Shown: in pieces, positions 23,588 to 33,104 of the stretch
How positions within the stretch are numbered: the first letter of the stretch is position 1
Layout of the letters: each line of letters starts with the position of its first letter
Assembly (NCBI GenBank): GCA_047967505.1
Contig: CM106538.1
Length of the DNA: 64,000 bases
Reading direction: 5' to 3' (one strand)
DNA from: Dipteris shenzhenensis
Taxonomy: Eukaryota
Notes under the pieces: model-generated
What the model was told of the DNA's origin: nothing
Database searches by the model: none
What the model saw: only the letters and a program-made list of their open reading frames with translations
Translations under genes and position numbers: made by a program

Positions 23588-26500
23588 TCACGGTGGGATA
23601 AGGCGAGTGTGAATGAACAGCCAAAGAGGTGGTGAGTAGCGCCACTGAAGGCCCTGCGAAGCCTGCTCGAAGAAGAGGCCCTGTTTGTCCCAAACCTGGA
23701 GGAAACGTCTCCGCTTCTCCCGACCGGCCCGGGAGTCCCCCTGTATCTGGTCCCACTGGCCTCTGAGGGTGTGTATAATCTCACTCCAGATGTCAGTCAT
23801 GATCTGAGCAGTCGATAAGGAGGTGCCACCGAGGATCTGCACGCAGCGCGAGGTCCAAATGTGCCATCCTGCGATGCTGCTAATAATCTCCCAAACTGGC
23901 TGCCTCTCCTGAGCTTCTGTGTCAGCCTCTGCCAGGTGCTGCGGGAGACTCTCGAGCGGCCCCCACGTCCCCTGTGTGATAAGGAATGTGGGGTCCTGCT
24001 GACATGCCTCGAATAAGTGATGACAACCAGGTGCGGTGCTGCACCAACAGAACGCGCCCCGAGTGATCAATCCTAGCTCCGGTGCTGCGCGAGTAAGGAT
24101 CCCGAAAGTCCACCTCCACACTTCCTGGGCGCGAGTGCAACTCCATAGGCAGTGTTTTGGTGACTCCTCGTCCTCATGACAGATCTGACAACGTCCGTCC
24201 TGGCCTATCTGCCGCAACCAGCTCCCCACTGGAAGACCTTTGTGGGCAAGAAGCCACAGGAAGTAGGAGATCTTCCGCGGCCGCCAGCTCTCCCACAAGG
24301 CCTTCCAGAAGGCTTGCAAAAAGAACTTGGAAATACCCTGTGCATACCAACTGGGCCGCTGGGTGGGAGGGCGGCTCTGCATCCTCCCAAGAACTCGCCT
24401 GCCCAATGTCGTGCTGTAGGCAAAGAAAGAGGTTGCCCCTGACCTGTCACAATCTCTGGCCATCTCCACTCTCCTGGGTCCCAATCAAGCTTTGACAAGG
24501 CCCACCCCTCCCAGAGCCAGAGTCGCCAAAGCTGCAGCTGATCCTGCTCTATGCTAGGATCGGTCCGCCAAACCTTCCCCACGAGGCCTACGACCCGAAC
24601 CCTTTGTCATGGGAGTAGGGGGTCGATGAGCACATGCTCTCTCCTGAGTCGTCCATCCCCCATAACCGCGAAGAAGAAAACAGAGGAGTCGTCCATCCGC
24701 CCTACGACCACCAGTGAAATGCCACGGGGGGTGAACTGTCCCAGCCAACGGTCATCACCAGGCATGAGGATCTGAAGCTCAGGTGGAACCAACCAATCAG
24801 CTGGAATCGCGCCGTCGATCTCCGTACGTCTCGCCTGGGCTCCACGGGCACCTCCAGCTGCGTCTGCAAGATCAACCGTCTCCAAATGTCTGTACGTGTC
24901 CCTCCAAACTCGAAGGGGCCGAGCTGGCCCCCGCATCCAGCTGGCCCACCTGATGTGTGATCTTTCCCCCAACTGAAGGCCCTCGGCATCTCTGACCTGA
25001 TCGTTCCAGATAAGCGGCTGGCGATCGATCTCCTCCTGACAGCTAGGAGGGGACTGAATGAGACTGAGGCGGAGCTGCCTCCAAACCATGAGGAGGCTAC
25101 GAATGAGTGGGGAGCGGGGCGGAAGTGAAGATCCACCTGAGGGACGGAAGCCACTCTCCACCTCGGCGCGGGACACAAGAACCGACCCCCTGCTGAAGTA
25201 ACATCTTCCACGTTTGCCCCCCGGGGTCAAACCGCGGATAACTAGCTTGCCTAACAGGGCCCGACTCTGAGCTCTGGATCGATGACCCCCAAGCCACCCT
25301 CAGCCTGCGGAAGAATGACTGTCTGCCAAGCAACCCTGGCTCTGATATCTCTGAGGCCATCCTCCCCGGACCTCCGAACCAACCTCCTAAGCTGTGCCAC
25401 GCTGGATCTCGAGAAACACCAACAGGAAGCCACATACCAAGCTGTGGCTAGGAGGACCTGGTTGACTACCAGGGCAGAGTACCAGGGCACGACCTGCAAG
25501 GGAGAGCTTAGCAGCGCTCTAGAAAGCCAGCTTCCGTCGGATGGAATCTAGCACCGGGAGAAACTACTGAGCTGGCGTGATATCCAGGCCGACCTGAAAA
25601 CCGAGATATCTAGCTGTCTGTCCCCGCGGGATCCACCTGAAACCCAAAAACCTCCCCCACTGAGAGCACCCCCCGGGGTCTGTGAGAAAACCAACTGATT
25701 TGTTCCAGTTGATTTTCGCACCGACAGCCGAACAGAAGACCTCTAGGGCCAACCTCACCCTCTCCAGCATCATCTCATCATCCTGGACATACAGTGATGT
25801 GTCATCCGCATACTCCGAGTCCAGGAGCTCCGTGTCCTCCCGGAGTGGAAGGCGAACACCCCTGATCCCAGTAGACCTCGCCCGAAGGTAGTATGTCATA
25901 GCCTCAGCGAAGAAGAGAAACATGTAAGGAGCAAGGGGGCAGCCCTGACGCACTGATCTCTCCAGACGAAAACGCTCACCCATCCTGCCGCCAATGATGA
26001 CCTTGCTAGAAGCTGTCCTGTACAACGCTGAAATACCCTGAATCCATCCTGCTGGGAAACCTAGTCGCTCCAGAGTCCCCTCCAGAAAGGACCAGTCCAC
26101 TCGATCGTAGGCCTTCTCAAAGTCGAGAAGTAGGATGGCTAGGTGTGACCCACTGTGTTGAGCCCACTCCGCTGCCTCTGAGAAGGTGAAGACATTATCC
26201 AGGATACTGCAATCCTGGACAAAGCCTGTCTGAGTGTCATGAATGAGGTCTGGAAGTAGAGGCCGAACTCTGGCGCTGATCATCTTGGCAAGGATTTTGT
26301 AGGCAGTGGTAAGGAGGGTGATCGGGCGCCACTGACGGATCTCCTGTCTATCTCCTCCCTTCGGGATGAGGCAAATCAGTCCCGAGGAGAGGCTCTCTGG
26401 CATATAACCGCTGCTGAAAATCCTCTGAAGAGCTGCTAGGAGGGGCTGATGGATCTGATCCCAAAAGAAGGTGAAGAATGCCCGGGATAGCCCATCCTCG

Positions 26501-27958
26501 CCCGCGCATTTCTGCCAGTCGATGGCCATCAAGGCCTCCAACATCTCGTCCGTAGTGAACGGTGCCAACGTCGCCTGCATGCTCGGCTGGACCAGGGGTG
26601 GAATGTGCCTCCACACCTCCTCACGGGAGCCTCGAGTGCGAGGGGCGAGCGGCTCTTGCTGGAAAAGAGTCCTGTAGAAGTCGGTAGCCAACCCCAAGAC
26701 CTCACCCGGATCCGTAACGATGTGCCCCTCCGCTGTCCTGAGACTCCGAAGCTGATCACCTGCTGCTCTCTAGCCATGCGTCCTGAAGAACTCCCTCATC
26801 CGGTCACCCTTCCGAGCCCAGAAGGAGAGAGAGGCGTGATAGAAAAACTCTGACCGGCGCTGGAGGGTCTCCTAAAAAAGGGCTCTGACTCGAAGGGCCT
26901 GGATCCGAAGCTCCTCCGAGCCCGAAGCTGCCTGCTGGAGTCGCTGAATGGAGGCGAGGTCCCTCCGAAGAGCTCTCTCTGCCCCACCACTCCTGTCGAA
27001 CCTGTAGGGCTGCGAGCTGGCAAATCTGGCTGGACTCCTGCAAAGCCTGCGCCACCGAATCAACCAGATCCACGCACTCGCCCCAATCTCTGTCCCATAG
27101 ACTGCATATACTGCTGCGCACGTCCACCCTCAAGAAAATGGAGTCGAGAATCCGGCATGAACGGGGGGAAGGGCCTGAACTGCCGAGTCTAATGATAAGA
27201 GCACAAGCGCATGGTCGGAAAGTGTCGTCCCTGGAACTATACCCGCCTGACTGCCTCTGCTGATGGCCCAATCACTGACATAAAATCTATCCAGCCTCTC
27301 CAAGAGTCTGTCTCCTTTCCTGCGGAAGCCCCACGAGAAGTCCAAGCTCCCATGCCAACGCCGGAAGAACGGGTCTCTCCAACTGCCCCTACCTCCTGTC
27401 GCGAAGATGAATGAGTCCCAAGCGGACTGCTCTGCCTGAGACATACCTGTAAACTCCGGTCCTCTGCCCTGCTGGTCCTCCAAGGTCTCCAGATTGTTGA
27501 AGTCACCTCCAACAATCCAGGAATCCATGTCTGGGAGAATCCCTGTAAGTGTCCTCCAGAAGGTGGCTCTGCAACGGAGGTCTGTGAAAGCATAAATGTT
27601 GAGGATTCCTATTCTGAAACCCTCCAGTTTCAGGCCTACCCAAAGGGCACGGCCTGGGATCAACGTGCCATGACCGAAAAACTCCCTGGGCTAGCTGCTC
27701 GCACACGGAAGTACAGACACCTCCACTCCTCCCCTGTGCGCCGATCGAGGGCTCCCAATAAGTGTGAGAACGTCCAGGGAGAATCTTCCCGTAGCTACGG
27801 GAGTGAGCCGCAGAAAGCTTGTGCTCCTGGAGCAGAAGTACATCCAAACGACCAATCACTGCTGGCTGAAGTTCCTATCTCAAAATGAGCTTCCTAGGAC
27901 CACGGGTGCTGGAAGAATAAAACCCGTTCACATTCCAAGATACAAGGTGTAGGCTCAT
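23588..27958 (-). pseudogene. L1 ORF2: APE endonuclease, RT, zf-RVT (disrupted)
   Basis: MSLHLVSWNVNG, LLLQEHK, IVGGDFN, RLDRFY, SDHA; WRPITLL, LDFEKAYDRV, VRQGCPLAP, YADDT; CQICHEDEESPKHCLWSC. Confidence 0.92.
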
Positions 27959-29987
27959 GGTGAGGACTGGGAGGCTGCGAACAACTGTCTGCTCGCGGTC
28001 GAAGTCGATGAAGAAGCTGACATTTCGGAGTGGAGGCGCTGACGCTTATGAGAAGGTTTGGAGGGGGAGGCGGGGTCGTCCTGCCCGTTCTTCAACACCT
28101 TCAGCAAAGGCGAGAGGCCTTTGGTGCCATGAGCAAATGCTTTCTCGAGCCAGCTCGAGATCTCTGAAGTAGTCATCCCGTAGAAGGCTCGGAGTTTCTG
28201 AGGGGTCCAGGCTCTGACATCCTGGGGGAGGGGCCATGACAGGGGGGGCCTGAGGATCACAATCACTCTGAAGCGTTTGGCGGCGCAACGCCACCGCAGG
28301 CGCACGTCACCCTCGGACCACTGAGTCTCGAGAAGCTGCCCACCGCACGGGCCTATCCAGGAGCAAACCTGAGCGTGCGTCTGCTCTCTGAGAGCCTCCC
28401 AGACCGAGTCGTCTGTCCAGGTCTCGGTGCCGTCGCTGAGGAATGTGAAAGCAAAGCTAGGGCCATCCCTAGGGACCAAGGCGGCTATCTTCCCATCCGC
28501 CCCTTTGCGGAGCAGGAAGATACTGATGTCGAGACAAGAAGGGAAGGTCCCGAGGTCAACCACATCCAAGTAGTCCCAGGGGCCAGATCTGTAAAAGTCG
28601 CGAGGAAGCTCTCTCTCCTGAAGCTGAGGCCCATCAGAGTCTGTCACTGAGGGGCTAGCGGACAGGGAAGCCTGCTCCAGTGGTGGTGTAGACTCAGGGT
28701 GTCCTGCCAGTGAAGGGGGAGGGGGAGGAGGCTGGGGGGTAGGCGACTCAGACTCCACGGAGGCGACTAGCGGAGGAGGGGGAGCGGGGGCTGCCCTCGG
28801 CTGAGGAGCCGTCGGTGCAGCTAACTCTGCAGGAGAGCTGAGAGAGGCGGGGGGGGGGGGATGGGGATGCATCTGGAACTGGGGCTGAGAAGGAGGAGGA
28901 GGAGACTGAGGAGGAAGAGGCGGGGGCTGAAGCTGCGGGTCGGGAGAAGGGGGGTGCAACTGGGGAAGGGGCTGGGACTGAGTGGAAAGGGACTGGGGAG
29001 CGGAAGAGAGGGGGACCTGAGGCTGTGAAGGGCGGGCTACCGTCGAAGAAGAAGCTCTCCCAGGTCCCTGGAGCGACATCCTGTCAGGTCTCTGAGGTGC
29101 TGCTGCAGGTTGGGTAACCTCTGCCTCCTTGCCTTTATCAGAAATCTTCTTGTTCTTTCCTCTTTTCCTTCTAACCTCAGTCCAACCGCCAACTAACTCT
29201 GGACCGAACTCCGGCTGCCTCTGCTCCTCTTGACGTGGCTGCCCGGAGGGGGCGGAGGGGACGGAGGAGGAGGGGGCGGGGGAGGCCGAGAAGAGCTGGC
29301 GAATCGTGGACAAACAGCCGCCAAGTGCCCAAAGCCGTGACACCTCAGGCACTGGCCTGGCTGTCCGGTGACTACCATGCTCTGGGTGATGCTGCCGGCA
29401 TCTGTCACGATCTCGATCACTGCAGGGAGAGTCGCAGGATCCGCCACAGCCACACGGACTCGAGGGGCTCCTGCCGTAGTCACCGCGTCGACGAAAGTGT
29501 CGTGCATAACCCAGCCAAAGTGGGAGACCAGGTCCCTGACAATCGACCGCAGCTCAGCAGCAAGACCTGAAAAAACTAGCGTTACTGGATGGCGAGGTAT
29601 ACGGAACCAAGCATCAAAATCCGCTGCGCTGAATCCACGGTACCACGGGACTATCATAATAATCTTTCCATCCACCGACGTGGTGGAACCAGCAATCAGG
29701 TTGCTTGCAGCTTTCGCATTGGAGAGTTTGAGCCAAAAGATGCCCCTTCCCATAAGGGCCACCTCCTCAATATGGCCGTCCTCTAGCATGAGAGTGGACT
29801 GGAGTCAGTCCCTGATGGCTGATCTGGAGGGGAAATGTCCAATGACTCTGCCATAAACAGAGGTAAGGGCAAAGTCATTGGCAACCTCCTGAACCCGAGA
29901 CGATTGTTGCTCTGTCAGGATGACGCGGTAGGCATCTGGAGAGGGAGGGTCCGACTGGGCCTCCGGTTCCGGACAGGGAGCCGCCAT
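27955..29987 (-). pseudogene. L1 ORF1: DUF4283-like region, CCHC knuckle, Pro-rich linker, extra C-terminal globular domain
   Basis: VYGRVIGHFPSRSAIRD*L (TGA at a probable Trp codon), MGRGIFWLKL, IVPWYRGF, CLRCHGFGHLAAVCP. One frameshift near 29280-29350. Confidence 0.8.
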
Positions 29988-30149
29988 ACCGCCAAGACAA
30001 ACTGCGAGGCTTCCGATGAAGAAGAGACTGCCACCCAGAAAAAGAGAGGGATAGATGCGGGAGGGTGGAGCCTGGGTGTGAAGAAGACGGGTGCGGAGGC
30101 GGAGAGCGGGAAGGATGGGGGACGGAGGGCGAAGGAAACGGGGCGGGAG

Positions 30150-30760
30150 GCCGGGAGGCGGAGGTGGCGCGGGGTGGAGGGGTGAGGACAGAGAGCGGGT
30201 GAGGTGAGGAGGCGGGAGCGGGGGAGAGGCGGGGCGGGGCGGGGGGGCGGGGTGGAGGGGCGGGGCGGAAGGGCAAGAGGGGCGGGGCGGGGCGGAAGGG
30301 CAGGAGGGGCGGGGGCGGAAGGGCGGGGTGGAAGGGGCGGGGGTGGAGCGGAAGGGCGGGAGGGGCGGGGGCGGTGTGGCGAGGGCCGGGAGGGTGAAGC
30401 GGGAGGCGGGGGAGGAGCGGAGTGGGGCGGCGGGGCGGGTGAACCGAGGGGGTGGGGGGGTGAGGCGGAGCGGCGAGGGGGGGGTGAGCCGTAGCGAACG
30501 GGGGGCGGCGTGAGACGGGGTGCGGCAGAGGGGCGAGGGGGTGAGGGAGCGGAGAGGCGAGGGGTGAGGCGGAGAGGCGAGGGGTGAGAGCGGAGGGGGA
30601 TGAGGGGGTAAGAGCGGAAGGCGAGGGGACGCGGCGGCAGCGGCGAGGTGAGGCGGCGGGTGAGGGGGGGTGAGGGCGGAGAGGCAGGGGGTGGGGGTGG
30701 TCGAGGCGAGGAGGAGCTAGGGGGAGGTAGAGGCAGCGGGAGGGGAGGGGAGGCTCGCAG
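30150..30760. repeat. Extremely G-rich (+) / C-rich (-) low-complexity L1 5' UTR
   Basis: Dozens of GGG-GGGGGG runs, including GGGCGGGG repeats. Confidence 0.9.
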
Positions 30761-31164
30761 GAGCAGCAACTATCTCAAAGTTGAGATCAGCCAAATCTCG
30801 GAGGCCTTATGGTTATCTCGGCTAGTGGGAGATTTGGGCATTACAGGTGATATTCCATTGTTGCATTGTGACAGTCAGAGTGCTATTCAGTTGGCACACA
30901 ATCCTGTCTTTCATGCAAAGACAAAGCACATTGATGTGAAGTATCACTTCATCAGGGAGGTGATAGATGATAAGCTGATTCAGCTTGTCAAGATTCACAC
31001 AGATGATAATCCAGCAGATCTGTTGACAAAAGGCTTGCCTGCAGAGCGGTTTGCACATTGCCGACAGTTGATGGGTATAGGTTGAGCCTCACTTATTTTA
31101 CTTGAGGGCATATTGCCTTTAAGTGGGAGGTTGTTGGGGTAAAGGCACTATGGCCACCCAAGTA

Positions 31165-33104
31165 TGTTGGGGTAAAGGCACATTGCCACCCTTTAAAATG
31201 TTATGACCACTATGACTGTCTTAAGACAGTCATAGGGTGAGTACCTAATCCTAATAAAACCCTTGAGTTTGTGGTGTGGCTCAAGACATTTCACACACCC
31301 ACACTCCTAGTGTCTCCCTCTCCTAACGTTCCACCCCTCTCTCTTTCCCTCACAAGTGGTATCAGAGCCTCTCTCCCTCTCACTCCGGTCTACCCCTCCC
31401 TCTACCCCTCCCTCTCCCCTCGGGCCTCGTGCCCTCAGCAGCGAGCAGGACGCGGCAGCAGCGAGCAGGGCAGCAGCAAGCCAGGGCGCAGCCACGAGCA
31501 GCAGGTGCACGACCCGCCGCGCGCAGCAGGCGCGCAAGCAGCCATAGCTGCAGCAGCAGCTAGCTGCTGCTAGCTGCTACCAGCAGCCAGGCGGCCGCAG
31601 CCTACCAGGCTGCCGCAGCCAGCCAGGCAGCCGCAGCCAGCGGCTGCAGCCAGTCGACCGGCTGCAAGGCAGCAGCGGCGACCAGCCGTACCGGCTGTAC
31701 GGACGCCGCGACAGGCAGCCGTACCGGCTGTACGGACGCGTGCACGTACAGGCAGCCGTACCGGCTGTACCCTCAGCCAAGATTTCGACATTTTTTTTTT
31801 GGGGGATCCGTGCCCTCGCAAGTACAGGGTACATCAGGTACACTGTGCAGGCACAGCAGGTACTTGCAGGTACAGCAGGCACAGAAATTTTTTTTTGGGG
31901 AAGAGAAAAAAAAAGGGGGAGCACTCTGCTCTTTTTGCATGGTACTTGCAAGTACACGCAAGTACAGAAGTACAACGAGGTTTTTTCTTGATGCATTTCC
32001 GGAATTTTTTCAGTTCTAAAACTGTGTGTTTGAGGTACAGCAAGTACACTCGTGTCCCTCGTGCTTGAGGTGACTAGTGCCACAGTGTGTGGTAGTTGCA
32101 CAGTTATTTTTCGGGAAGGTCAGATGCCTTAATTTGCAGAGGGCTTTTATGCTTTTGCTGAGTGCAAATCTCAGTTTTCGGGTGACAATTTCATAGGGCT
32201 TTTGCCTGGAAGTGTATGCAGTGTATGCCTTGAGGCAGTGTGGAGCCAAGGTGCCCACATTGGTCTCGTTTTCCGCAGTGTATCAGTGACATTTCTTTGC
32301 AGGTCACAATTTGTGTACGACACTTTGAAAATCTCAGTTGAGCAACGCTTGGCCAGGGCGCATCGAGTTTACTCGGTCCCTAACTGTCCATCGTTGACAG
32401 TGCTCAAAAGATCTTCTTTTCGGTGTTTGTACGTTGGGATCTGTGTTGCCACTGTGCACACAGGCAGTTTATGCATTACTTTGTCAGGTGAAAGTGCCAA
32501 GAGAGCGCTGTATTTTGTATGCTACCTCAGTGTTGAGGTGTTTTTTTTTTACTTGGTACAGGTGTCAAATCAAGGGGCTTTTGCCCAGATTTTGCTTGTG
32601 AGCACTTGAGTTACTGTTTGAGAACTTTAGATGCCTTTTATCCCCTTGGCAGAAGGGTGATTGTTTGGGATTTGTCCCATACTTTGTTGCAGGTTTTGTG
32701 ACAGGCTGAGGTGTTTGGAGCCTTTTTCAGTGGACAAAACAGTGTATGACAAGTGGTTTATGCATATAAAATCAGTGCAATACCTCATCTGAGGTGGGAG
32801 AAGTGATCAGGACATCAGTGTTTTGTGTTTCGTCAGATGATGATGCACTTGTAAAGCACTTGTGGAACAGCTGCAGCATTCTAAAGTTACTGTTTTATGC
32901 CTATTTGAGCACGGTACAGTGTGTCAGAAGGTACAGTGACTGGAGGGAAAATTTTCTGTTTTGCTGCAGGATTTTTTGACTGTGAAAAACAGCACTACTG
33001 TGAGTGCTCTTGGCTCTTGATAGAGCAGGTTTTCTGAGAAATCAGAATTTTATAGGCACTTTCCTTGTCTGATATGGCACCAGGGGGAAGTGAATCCTCA
33101 ATAC
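31165..33104 (+). mobile_element. Copia element C: 5' LTR (31165-31354), PBS (31357-31369) and ~1.7-kb non-coding leader; rest missing
   Basis: TGTTGGGGTAAAGGCAC...CCCTCACA ag TGGTATCAGAGCC. It is inserted 33 bp into the 3' LTR of element A. Confidence 0.85.

Larger units (their letters stand above)
23454..30799 (-). mobile_element. Full-length L1/Tx1-type LINE with poly(A) tail and 12-bp TSD
   Basis: TSD GGAGGCCTTATG at 23442-23453 and 30800-30811; T10 at 23455-23464. Removing it restores copia ACKEALWLSRL. Confidence 0.95.
18857..31164 (+). mobile_element. Ty1/copia element A (leader, gag-PR-INT-RT-RH, PPT, 33-bp stub of 3' LTR), interrupted by the L1
   Basis: Gag ATG at 19663, CYYCGKKGHTKKQC knuckle, WIVDSGAS, WHSRMGH, LRSDNGGEY, YVDDM, KHIDVKYHFIRE, stop at 31085. 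PPT AAGTGGGAGG at 31121 and LTR start at 31132. Confidence 0.93.

Noticed and set aside
29875-30769. Pro-rich 284-aa and Gly/Arg-rich ORFs resembling extensin or GRP
   Set aside because: They are by-products of the stop-poor G/C-rich L1 5' UTR and have no ATG-led domain content.
31357-31369. tRNA gene at TGGTATCAGAGC sites
   Set aside because: These are primer-binding sites complementary to the tRNA-iMet 3' end, with no cloverleaf.
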